64,000 bases of DNA from a virus, in IMG/VR virus record IMGVR_UViG_3300033146_004399, positions 96,001 to 160,000 of that record. One strand, given 5' to 3'. The first letter of the stretch is position 1. Each line of letters starts with the position of its first letter. The notes under the pieces were generated by a model, which saw nothing but the letters and a program-made list of their open reading frames with translations, was not told where the DNA came from and did no database searches. This document shows positions 31,160-40,969 of this stretch, one piece after another. The position numbers and the translations under genes are program-made.

Positions 31160-31552
31160 ATGGATATTTTTGAAACACTAGGCGAAGCAATTGATTACGC
31201 AACAGAATTAGAAAAAGGGATTCATAACACTGGAGTATTTAACACTGGAGTATTTAACACTGGTTTACACGTAGATGTAGACACAAACGAAGATACTTAT
31301 ACAGTACAAGTTGAATTGCCAGGTCTCGATGAGGAAAACATAGATATTAACTACGAAAAGGATACTTTAACTGTTAAAGCTTCTTACGGAGAAGGAGGCT
31401 TGAGACGTGGAAATTATGAACGTACTTTTCCGCTCAGAGATGTAGACGCAACTAAGATTAATGCTACACTTAATAAGGGTGTGTTGAAAATTGTACTTCA
31501 TAAACTTGAAGAAAAGAAAGCAAGAAAAATAAATATTAATATAGGAGAATAA
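31160..31552 (+). CDS. Small heat-shock protein (Hsp20/alpha-crystallin domain)
   Basis: [22 protein letters not shown] and [12 protein letters not shown]. Confidence 0.9.
   Translation: MDIFETLGEAIDYATELEKGIHNTGVFNTGVFNTGLHVDVDTNEDTYTVQVELPGLDEENIDINYEKDTLTVKASYGEGGLRRGNYERTFPLRDVDATKINATLNKGVLKIVLHKLEEKKARKININIGE
31225..31263 (+). repeat. In-frame 15-bp tandem repeat in hsp20 (about 2.6 copies)
   Basis: taacactggagtatt x2 plus taacactgg, encoding [13 protein letters not shown]. Confidence 0.85.
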
Positions 31553-31554
31553 AA

Positions 31555-32142
31555 ATGAAAAACGTTTGCATTGGAATTGACCTTGGTACTACAAATTCAT
31601 GTGTTGCTGTAATGGATGGTAAAGAACCCATCGTGATACAGAATGCTGAAGGCCAAAGAACAACACCATCAATAGTTGCATTTACAGCTAAGGGCGAAAA
31701 ATTAACTGGACAACCAGCGAAGAATCAGATTATTACAAATCCAGAAAATACAATTTATTCTGCTAAAAGATTTATAGGCAGAAAATTTTCTGAAGTTAAA
31801 GAAGAAATTGATATGATTCCTTACAAAGTTGTAAGCGGAAGTGGCTCAAGTGCGCGTATGCTTGTACATGATAAAGAAGTATCTCCTCAAGAAATATCAG
31901 CAGCAGTCTTACAGAAAATGAAAAAAACAGCAGAAGACTATTTAGGAGAAAAAGTAACTGAAGCCGTTATTACTGTTCCAGCTTATTTTAATGACGAGCA
32001 AAGACAAGCTACAAAAGATGCTGGTAAAATTGCCGGCTTAGAAGTTAAAAGAATAGTTAATGAGCCTACGGCAGCAGCTTTGTCATATGGCTTTGACAGT
32101 ATGAACAAAGAAGAGAAGGTTGCAGTTTTCGATCTCGGTGGT
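31555..32142 (+). CDS. dnaK: DnaK (Hsp70) exon 1
   Basis: [25 protein letters not shown]; ends ...VFDLGG. Confidence 0.95.
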
Positions 32143-33252
32143 AAATAATACTGCTTCCGTAAATGCCGTGAACTGCTGGAAAGTCCTTAGAGCTTAAATA
32201 ACTACAACGTAATCAGTAATGATAAGCGTGAATGTTAAAAATATTTAAGATTGGGCAATCAGCATCCAAGCTGCCTAGAAATAGGTAGAAGGTTCAACGA
32301 CTAGGTTATGGAGTCCTAACGTAAAGACGAGGACGGTAAAAACCCACGAGTGCGGCAAATTTTAATTTTGTTTATAATATACGATCTTTGACATAATGAC
32401 TAAAGATAAATATATGAAATATTATATTTATAAAACAGTTAATTTATTAAATAATAGATATTATTTTGGCTGTCATGCTACGGATAATTTGAATGACAAT
32501 TATTTAGGTTCTGGTAAAATTTTAAAGCGTGCCATTAAAAAATATGGTAAAAATTGTTTTAAAAAAGAAATAATTGAATTTTGTGATTCTATGACAGATA
32601 TGTTTCTAAAAGAAGAAAAATTGATAACTATTGATGTTGTTAATGATCCTATAACATATAATTGTTGTTTAGGTGGTAGAGGTGGATATAGAAATATAAG
32701 TGATATTGGCAAAAAATCAATTTCTAATGCTAGAAAAAATAAAGTTGTAATAAAAGAAAATGATGATACGTATAAAGTAATAGATAAAGAATTATTTGAT
32801 AAGAAAAAAATGCATGGCGCCACATATGGTAAAACAACAGCTAGAACAATATCTGGTAAATATATCGTTGTTACAAATGATGAATTTACTAATAATAGTG
32901 AATTAGTTGGTACTACTAAAGGTAAAACAGTAGTTAAAGATATTACTGGTAAAATAAGTGTAGTTGATGTAAATGATTATAGAATTAAAACTGGTGAATT
33001 GGTTGGAATAACAAAATATTCAAAACAAACACCTGAATCTAATTTAAAAAGAAGTTTAACATTAACTGGATATGTAAGAGGCAAACAAAAAATTGTTCGA
33101 TGCCCACATTGTAATAAAACCGGTGGAATATCTAATATGAAAAGATGGCATTTTGATAACTGTAAATATAAACAAAATTAAAATTAAGATATAGTCTGAA
33201 CTGTATTGAAAGATACAGAGGTTAAGATAAAGAACTTAACGATAACATATTG
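32143..33252 (+). mobile_element. Group I intron (1110 nt) in dnaK
   Basis: Exon ends in U and intron ends in G; P3 TGCCGT 32164-32169 / GCGGCA 32352-32357; P4 TGCTG/CAGCA; P7 GACTA 32299-32303 / TAGTC 33192-33196 with AAGATATAGTC S element; splicing restores DLGGGTFD. Confidence 0.92.
32396..33181 (+). CDS. Intron-encoded GIY-YIG homing endonuclease (alternative start at ATG 32414)
   Basis: YYIYKTVN..NNRYYFG.H...YLGSG..LKRAIKKYG..F.KEI; C-terminal CPHC; lies between P3' and the S element (P8 position). Confidence 0.85.
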   Translation: MTKDKYMKYYIYKTVNLLNNRYYFGCHATDNLNDNYLGSGKILKRAIKKYGKNCFKKEIIEFCDSMTDMFLKEEKLITIDVVNDPITYNCCLGGRGGYRNISDIGKKSISNARKNKVVIKENDDTYKVIDKELFDKKKMHGATYGKTTARTISGKYIVVTNDEFTNNSELVGTTKGKTVVKDITGKISVVDVNDYRIKTGELVGITKYSKQTPESNLKRSLTLTGYVRGKQKIVRCPHCNKTGGISNMKRWHFDNCKYKQN

Positions 33253-34515
33253 GGTACATTCGATATATCTATTCTAGAACTTGGAGACGGGGTATTTGAA
33301 GTTAAAGCTACAAATGGTGATACCCATCTTGGTGGTGATAATTTTGATCAAAGAATAATTGATTGGTTGATTGACGGTTTCAAAAAAGATTATGCTATTG
33401 ACTTATCACAGGATAAGATGGCTTTGCAACGGTTAAAAGAAGGAGCTGAAAAAGCTAAGGTTGAATTGTCAACAGCACAAGCTACAAATATCAATCTTCC
33501 ATTTATAACAGCTGATTCATCAGGGCCTAAGCATCTTCAGGTAGATTTAACACGTGCTAAGTTTGAACAGTTGGTTGATGACCTTGTACAAAGGACTAAA
33601 CAACCATGTCTTAATGCGATTAAAGACTCTGGTTTTAAAGTAGAAGATATCGATGAAGTTATTTTAGTTGGAGGTTCGACTCGTATTCCAGCGGTTCAGG
33701 AAATAGTAAAAGAAATTTTTAAGAAAGAACCTAACAAAAGTGTTAACCCGGATGAAGTAGTTGCTCTCGGAGCTGCTATTCAGGGAGGTGTATTATCGGG
33801 TGGTGTTAATGACATCCTCTTACTTGATGTTACTCCCCTTTCTTTGGGTATTGAAACTTTGGGTGGTGTAATGACTAAGTTAATTGATAGAAATACCACT
33901 ATTCCAACTAAAAAAAGTCAAACATTTTCGACAGCAGTTGATAACCAACCTGCTGTGTCAATCCATGTCCTTCAAGGTGAAAGAAAGGTTGTTAGTCAGA
34001 ATAGAACATTAGGTAATTTTGATTTAACAGATATACCTCCAGCTCCTAGAGGAGTACCACAAATTGAAGTTAGTTTTGATATTGATGCTAATGGTATAGT
34101 ACACGTGTCTGCAAAAGATCTTGGAACAGGAAAGGAGCAAAAAATAAAAATTGAATCTTCATCCGGTCTTTCAGATGCTGAAATAAATAAAATGGTTAAT
34201 GACGCTGAAGCTAATGCTGAAGCAGATGAATTAATAGTAGAAAAGATTCAAGTTAAGAATGACGCTGATAATCTTATTTATTCAACAGAGAAAACTTTGA
34301 AGGATTTCGGGGATAAAATTGCGGAAGAAGATAGAATAAATGTTGAAACTGCAATATCGGATCTAAGAGCTTCCTTAGACGGAGAGTTGGATGAACTTAA
34401 AATAAAATTTGAAGCGTTACAGCAAGTCGCACATAAAATTGCAGAAGCTGTATACACTGAAACTAATGATGCTACTGAGTCCGAGGATTCAGATTATGAA
34501 GTAGTTGACGAATAA
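33253..34515 (+). CDS. dnaK: DnaK (Hsp70) exon 2; spliced product 616 aa
   Basis: [37 protein letters not shown] and PRGVPQIEV. Confidence 0.95.
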   Translation, partial: GTFDISILELGDGVFEVKATNGDTHLGGDNFDQRIIDWLIDGFKKDYAIDLSQDKMALQRLKEGAEKAKVELSTAQATNINLPFITADSSGPKHLQVDLTRAKFEQLVDDLVQRTKQPCLNAIKDSGFKVEDIDEVILVGGSTRIPAVQEIVKEIFKKEPNKSVNPDEVVALGAAIQGGVLSGGVNDILLLDVTPLSLGIETLGGVMTKLIDRNTTIPTKKSQTFSTAVDNQPAVSIHVLQGERKVVSQNRTLGNFDLTDIPPAPRGVPQIEVSFDIDANGIVHVSAKDLGTGKEQKIKIESSSGLSDAEINKMVNDAEANAEADELIVEKIQVKNDADNLIYSTEKTLKDFGDKIAEEDRINVETAISDLRASLDGELDELKIKFEALQQVAHKIAEAVYTETNDATESEDSDYEVVDE

Positions 34516-34519
34516 ATGG

Positions 34520-34549
34520 AAAGAGGGAGTTTATACTCCCTCTTTTTTT
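34520..34549 (+). terminator. Rho-independent terminator after dnaK
   Basis: AAAGAGGGAGT-ttat-ACTCCCTCTTT followed by a T tract. Confidence 0.85.
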
Positions 34550-34578
34550 GTAATTTTATACATTTTATACATTTTATA

Positions 34579-34590
34579 TAAGATAATAAT
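34579..34590 (+). promoter_or_regulatory. Class II promoter TAAGAT-N6-ATG (leaderless)
   Basis: TAAGAT 34579-34584, ATG at 34591, no SD; preceded by three ATTTTATA(C/T) 9-mers. Confidence 0.6.
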
Positions 34591-34876
34591 ATGGCGCAAT
34601 ATCTTACCTTTCTCATAAATAAAGAAAAAGTTGGAATTAAGTTTTCAAACCAGTATATACTAGAAGAAACCCTCATCAATAAAGTTGTATCTATTGATGG
34701 AGAGGAATATATATCTTATAAAGGAAAAAAGATTAAAGTATATGATACAGGAGTTATATTGTATAATATACCACTCAAAAAATTTGATGGAATTGTTTTT
34801 GTTAAAATGGATGATAAAACTATAGGGTTTAAAACCGAAGGTTTCTTTAAAAAAATGAATAATGTTAAAACAGAAA

Positions 34877-36403
34877 TTAAGCCTTTGATATTTTAATTCT
34901 AATGTTTTGATTGTTAGGCTCTTTAAAACTCCCACCAGGTACAAAATCTATTTTTATATCTTCATTGAAATGTTCAAATAAAAATTTTAATTCATTCTCT
35001 GTATCATATGTTCTAACCTGGATTATATTAGAATTTGCATTAATTAATTTTACTAATTCATTTTTTACATCACCAAAATCATTATTTAGAGCATTAATAA
35101 CTTTAACTCTTATGGGATACGATATTAATCCCCATGCATCTGAACTATGTAAATATATACTATTATTTATATAATTTTTAAAATCAACTGGTCTGACATT
35201 TAACTTAGCATTTGTATAAAATTTAATTAATTTTTCTTCTAAAATGTCTTTATTATAATATTCAACGATTTTTTTATTGATTGGCACATGAGGATTTTTT
35301 TGAGTATACAAGCTATCAACTTCCATAAATTTTAATAAGTTAGACATAATATCAGGCATATTATTGATAGCAAAATATATAGGAACATATCCTGCAGTAA
35401 ATTTTGGCCGTTTATTTAAAGTTTTAAACAAATTTACTAATACGTGATTTTCGCCTAAAGTATCTATAGCTTGTTGATAATATACACGGGCCATTTTTTT
35501 TATACTTGGTGGTGCTCCTGATTTATATTTAGTAGAATACGGAACATCATCTATGTAAAAATCAACAAGTTGTTCGCTTGCTGAAGACGGAAACATTATT
35601 TCGTTATCTTTATTTTTTGTTATAACTAAGGGCTGTATAATTTCTCCAAAATTTTTATATATTATGGATTGATCTGCTAGACCTAAATTTAACTGTTTAT
35701 GTAATTTTGTTCTTTTGATAATTATATTATCTTCAATGTTTGTATAATTATTAGAATCATTTATTATATTCATAATTTCAATAATAAATGCTCGTACGTC
35801 AGAATCTAATTTTTTAGTTTTCAATTTATGCATTATGTCTTTATATAACGAATCATATGTAAATGATTTACCATTTATATCAAAATATTCTGGAGTTAAT
35901 TGTTTATTAGTTAATTTTTTATCACCACTTTTATTTTCTTTAGTGTGAGTTATAAAAAATAAAAATTCACCGGATTTAACTGTGGCATACGGTTTCGATA
36001 TCATAAACGTTGGGAATGATCCAGATAATTTAATATCGGTAAAATTTATACCTGAAGGTATTATTGTTACCACTAAATCATCGTATTTTTTATCTTTAGC
36101 TAATAATTGTATTAAATATGATAAAACTTCTTCTTTAGATAGTGACTTGACTTCTCCATCCACTTCATAATTAAATGAAAACCTTATGTCAGAACCTCCA
36201 GCACTTTCAGGTATATCATCTAAACTAGCTGTAAATTTACGCGTTAACTCTGTAGCGATAAAATCATATAATTCTAAAATACGTATTCTATCACTATTGC
36301 TTAATTGCTTCCAACGTTTTTTGCCTGGAGTTTTTTGTTTTTTTAGTCGTGTACTAATTTCTTCATTAATCATTTCATTAATCATTTTATTAATTATGTT
36401 CAC
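34877..36403 (-). CDS. Large hypothetical protein with a possible restriction-endonuclease-like core
   Basis: FGEII.P...FP....LVDF...YSTK..SG pattern; N-terminus MNIINKMINEMINEE. Confidence 0.45.
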   Translation of the reverse strand: MNIINKMINEMINEEISTRLKKQKTPGKKRWKQLSNSDRIRILELYDFIATELTRKFTASLDDIPESAGGSDIRFSFNYEVDGEVKSLSKEEVLSYLIQLLAKDKKYDDLVVTIIPSGINFTDIKLSGSFPTFMISKPYATVKSGEFLFFITHTKENKSGDKKLTNKQLTPEYFDINGKSFTYDSLYKDIMHKLKTKKLDSDVRAFIIEIMNIINDSNNYTNIEDNIIIKRTKLHKQLNLGLADQSIIYKNFGEIIQPLVITKNKDNEIMFPSSASEQLVDFYIDDVPYSTKYKSGAPPSIKKMARVYYQQAIDTLGENHVLVNLFKTLNKRPKFTAGYVPIYFAINNMPDIMSNLLKFMEVDSLYTQKNPHVPINKKIVEYYNKDILEEKLIKFYTNAKLNVRPVDFKNYINNSIYLHSSDAWGLISYPIRVKVINALNNDFGDVKNELVKLINANSNIIQVRTYDTENELKFLFEHFNEDIKIDFVPGGSFKEPNNQNIRIKISKA

Positions 36404-37115
36404 TATTGTACCTTTTTAAATAATCTACTAATAAATTTATATTTAGTCTCTGGATTAAAGTTTAATATTTCCTTACTAGGGATTGCAATGTCATAATCAT
36501 TGTAGTGTGCACTATTATCAAAAAAGAAAAGATACATATTTTCATCCTTTATTATATTGCTAAAAACAGCTGGTATTATAACTTTACTCAACTTTATAGA
36601 ATATAAACCTCGAAGTCTTGCACTATTCCCATAATTAAAGTCTGGTACTTCATAACTAAATACTACAATTTTTGTAGTAGAGCTGCGCATATACGTGTAC
36701 ATTCCCTTTTTTAAAATAGGGTAATATAGATCAAATTTTATATTACCTGACGCAATACCCATTGCTCTTTCATGTACAAAGCGTATAACATGTTTATTTA
36801 CATCACATTGATATGGTATAACAGTAAATCTGCCATCATTATTTTTTTCTTTATCCTTAAGATTAAGTGTTAGTATAACAAATTTATTATCATTTGTATT
36901 CCACATAAAAGCAGAAGGCTTGTTATGTTTTTTTATATAATCCCATCTACCTTTCTCTATATCATTTATAATAAGTATGCATTCTCCGTAATAATCACCT
37001 ATAACTTTATCATTTAATTTCTGTTTATATAAGATATTAAGAGTATATTTATTAGTATTACTTTTAGAACTCCGAATTTGATATCCAGGATATTTTTTCT
37101 TTATTTCTTTATTAG

Positions 37116-38030
37116 TCATAATTCCTCAGATAATTTCTTCATCAATGAAAAAGACAAAGTTAGATTTTCATTAAAAAGTTCAGCAACTACATCAGGGAGG
37201 TCATAACCTGGCCTTGGAGCTAAAGCATCTCTGACATATGCTGCAATACGAAGAAGAGTCTGTTTATCAAAAGATTTAACAACTTTTTCCCATATGAATT
37301 CGAAGGGTTGTTTCATATCAGAAACAGACCATTTTTGGCCTGTCGCCATAGTTAGAAAATCTGCAACACCTTGGGGTGTTGTTACTACGGGCTTGTCACT
37401 CTTAATTTGTCTTTCTCTCTCTTGACCTTTAAACTTACCACGTTGAGAGATATATTTACTTCTCTTCTTAGTCCATAAACCAGTACCCCAATTGATAACA
37501 TGCGTTTGGATGGAACCATCATCGAGAGCTTTTTCTTCTGCATATCGTATAGTTGCTGCGAGAAGGACTTTAGCATGGTGAGCAGAAAATTCAGTCTCTT
37601 CTGCACCAGGAGAATAGTAGGCGAAGTCTAACCAATCGGGATCACCAAACATTAAATCTATTTGAGCCTTTTTAACTCTTCCGTTTTCATCTTTAACTTT
37701 TTCACCATTTTTATCATATTGCGGAAAGCCTGTCCATATTTGATCAAAACCTTTACCAACTTTATACATCACACCTAGGTCTTCTAATTTTTCTGCAACT
37801 TCATCTATAGTCAAATCGGTATCAAAACCTAGATCAATATCACCTGATGTTGGTTTTTTCCCAGCTGAACCAAGAATTTGATATCCTCTGTGGGGGATAT
37901 GTGTAAGTACTTGCTCAACATATTTTTTAAGAGTAGAATGGATATGTTCTTTGTTAATTCTATCTGATTGCATGGCAACGCCACCCATTTCGTTTAGAGT
38001 ATTATTCAAAAATTGTTCAAAATTTGTCAT
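37116..38030 (-). CDS. Pol beta-superfamily nucleotidyltransferase with a capsid-targeting-like N-terminus
   Basis: LGSAGKKPTSGDIDL (GS..DxD) and AQIDLM third Asp; N-terminus MTNFEQFLNNTLNE. Confidence 0.7.
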   Translation of the reverse strand: MTNFEQFLNNTLNEMGGVAMQSDRINKEHIHSTLKKYVEQVLTHIPHRGYQILGSAGKKPTSGDIDLGFDTDLTIDEVAEKLEDLGVMYKVGKGFDQIWTGFPQYDKNGEKVKDENGRVKKAQIDLMFGDPDWLDFAYYSPGAEETEFSAHHAKVLLAATIRYAEEKALDDGSIQTHVINWGTGLWTKKRSKYISQRGKFKGQERERQIKSDKPVVTTPQGVADFLTMATGQKWSVSDMKQPFEFIWEKVVKSFDKQTLLRIAAYVRDALAPRPGYDLPDVVAELFNENLTLSFSLMKKLSEEL

Positions 38031-38034
38031 TATT

Positions 38035-38309
38035 TTACTCCTTTAAAAGTACTACGAATATTTTGCCATACCATATATTTCATTATAGATATTAAAATCA
38101 CTCATATCTATTTCAGGTTTATCCTCTGGATAGAATACAAAAAATTCTTCCTTCCCATCGAAACCGTTATACTGAGGTTTTTTTAGATCAAGCGTTCCTA
38201 ACAATTGAACTTTATAAAACCCCATAGCATCTTCATCACCTTGTTACATTCCCCGAGCAATAAATATATATAGGATATCATCAAGTGATTCATAGGTTAC
38301 ATATTTCAT
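38035..38309 (-). pseudogene. Small gene with an in-frame TAA and a probable late frameshift
   Basis: MKYVTYESLDDILYIFIARGM*QGDEDAMGFYKV...; TAA at 38244-38246. Confidence 0.5.
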
Positions 38310-38310
38310 A

Positions 38311-40969
38311 TTAACCTATACTAATAGAAGGGATAAATGTTAATTTACCGCCTCTGTTATATGGATCAACATCTGCAAGAGTCGCGATTGAGTATTCGCC
38401 AATAGTGCCTTGCATACCAGTTTTATCTACACCTGTATACGGATTTTGTTTTATTGCTCGACCATCTACTAATGCAGGTTCATACCCATCGTTTGTGAGT
38501 TTGTAGCCTTCGAGATTTTCTTCTGTATCCCATCCATGTGAAACACATTTAAGCCATACCTGAGATGCCCCTAAAGATGAACCTACTGTAACTTCCATTA
38601 TTGCGTATTTTGTATGTATATAATTGCTATCTGATTTTAATTTTACATATTCGGCAGTTCTCATTTAATTCTCCTTGCAAGTTCACCATGGCCTAACGTT
38701 TTTAACCCGTAAGCAAGCTTAGGGTCTAAACCTTCTTCAGATACAAACGCTTTCCATTGGTTTACTACTTTATTTCTTGTTATTTTATCAAATCTATCAA
38801 TGCTTTTTAAATCATTTAACTTCTCTACGTAGGTAGGATGTTGAAGCAAAAATTCTCTCGCTGCTGCAAGATTGTCACTTTGTTTCATCGCCCCAAAAGA
38901 GAAAAGTAGTAAGCTAGCAGCTAACAATAAACCGCCAGATTGTTGTCCTATTCCTTCTTCTAATGATTGTTCAAATTTCATAATTACTTCCTATTATATA
39001 TTTTTTTAGTTGCAGTATCAAAATAATATTTTTTACCATTATCATCTTGCATATTAATTTTTCCAGTTGCAGTCGCACCAAAAACGTCTACTGGATCTTT
39101 ATTAGCTGAGAAAAGTTTACTCAGTCCTTGCTTTTTAATGGCAATAAGTATTTCATTAAATACTTTTTCCCATGCTCCACCTTTTAACTTATCACCTATA
39201 ATATTATCGTTATCATCAAACACTAAATGGTCTGGAAATTTATTTCCTTGTATCTCAGCCTTAATTTCTGTTAATAATTTTTTAAATTTCATTTAAATAT
39301 CTCCTCAATAGCATCATGTGACACTTCTAACAATCTATTATATATCTTATCAATAGCACCTTTAAATATACCATATATTTCTTGTAAATCGTTTTCTGCG
39401 TCTGGTAAGAAAGTTCCTTTAACTTCCCACATATCAAATGTTATGTCGTCAACAGCAAACATTTTATATACTTCTGGAAACTTATCCTGAGCATTCCAGC
39501 CAGCTTGTTGCATAAAATTATTTTGTAACATATCTCTTGGTATATCATTTTCTTCTAAATTTGGATTTTCTTCTTGATCTCTATACTCTTCTAATGTGTC
39601 TTCTATAACTTGATTATATTGATCATCAAAAAATTGATTAAAATCATCAATCATTTCTAATATTTCATCTGCTTTATTTTTTAATTTCTTTTGTACGCCA
39701 TTTTTATTCGTTACAATTTCATAAGTAAATTTAGTATTATTAAAATTTTTATCGTCTTTAACGTCATCGCTTATTGCTGAAAAAAGAGTTGCGTCTAGAG
39801 GTTTATCTCTTCTATGTCTAATAGCTTCGGGATAGAAAAATTGTTCGTATGCTTCACTAACTACGTCGTAAAAGAAATTATAAGATATCATTTACCATCC
39901 TTTAAGTATATTTGATAATAATTCTCTGTAAGCTTCTTCCTCAGTATCAAAGGTTATATCATCCATGTACGGTTCTGAATATTCATAGCCTTCCTCATAT
40001 TCAGGGCCTAAATATCCCTTCTCCTTCCATGAAAATATTTTATTTCCCAATTCAGTAAAATCTTTCATATCGCCCCAATCATCCATTTTAAAACTATCAT
40101 ATTCAAATATAGCATAGTAATGTTTATTAGTACCACTCTTTACAGCTATAATTATATATCCATCCACTATTTAGGTCCTTCAAATATTCTATTAAATACT
40201 ACTAGCTTTGCAGCATTTACATTTAATATTATATCTTCTGTTTTAGCCAATATATCTTTTTGATGAAACCTCTTATACCATTTAAAATTATAGTTTGGGA
40301 TGTTCCATCCGCTTATTGCTAAATCCCATGGTTCTCCAGATATCACTATGTTTTTCCTACAAATTAATGTAATAGTTTTTAAGCCACCAACCATAACATG
40401 GAACGTTCTGTAACCAATTCCTGGAGCAAAACCTTTTACCCATTCCATTATTCAAAAATCCTGTCAAATACTGCTATTTTTGCCCTATTGTACTCGTTAA
40501 TCATATCTAGTACTTCAGCAGCAAATTTATCTTTATCCCACAGCCCATAATACATAAAACCAAATTGTTTTTTACTAAGAGAAGACGAAATTATTAATTG
40601 CCATCCGTCTTCTTCTTTATAACAATTAGTACTTATTAATACGTCTTCACCATCCATAATTTTAATTTGTCTTTGACCACTCTCTCCGTAAGTTTTCACT
40701 ACTCTCATTTAAACATACTCTTAATTATAAGTTTTTTATTCTCCATTGCATAACCCCCACACCTGTTCTAAAACCTTTTTTTTACTATATCGACCATTAT
40801 ATTTAATATTACCAGCAGAATACCCATTAAAAAATATATCAACATCCCATGAAGTATTCCAAGTGCCTAAACTAGCAGGTTTCCAAGCTTCTACCGTTAT
40901 AACAGTTTTATCACTAATAATATAATGATATCTTTTGTAGAAGGTTTCCTGATTTATCGCCTCCCACAT
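38311..40969 (-). other. Run of leftward hypothetical CDS (38311-38664, 38661-38981, 38984-39292, 39289-39891, 39892-40167, 40167-40448, 40448-40708, 40736-40969)
   Basis: Tightly coupled ORFs; MKFEQSLEE and MKFKKLLTE N-termini; 40167 and 40448 share an A(K)(L/I)xVFxRIFE C-terminus. Confidence 0.65.

Noticed and set aside
32139-32142. Alternative 5' splice site after 32139 (a longer P1 pairing can be drawn)
   Set aside because: It would delete one Gly from the invariant DLGGGTFD; kept only as a caveat for RT-PCR
31555-33252. dnaK as a pseudogene broken by an IS or a group II intron
   Set aside because: No transposase, RT or terminal repeats; group I core elements are present and splicing restores the exact motif
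16518-38309. TAA readthrough or recoding suggested by three in-frame TAAs
   Set aside because: TAA is the dominant stop codon in the window, so nonsense mutation or error is more parsimonious
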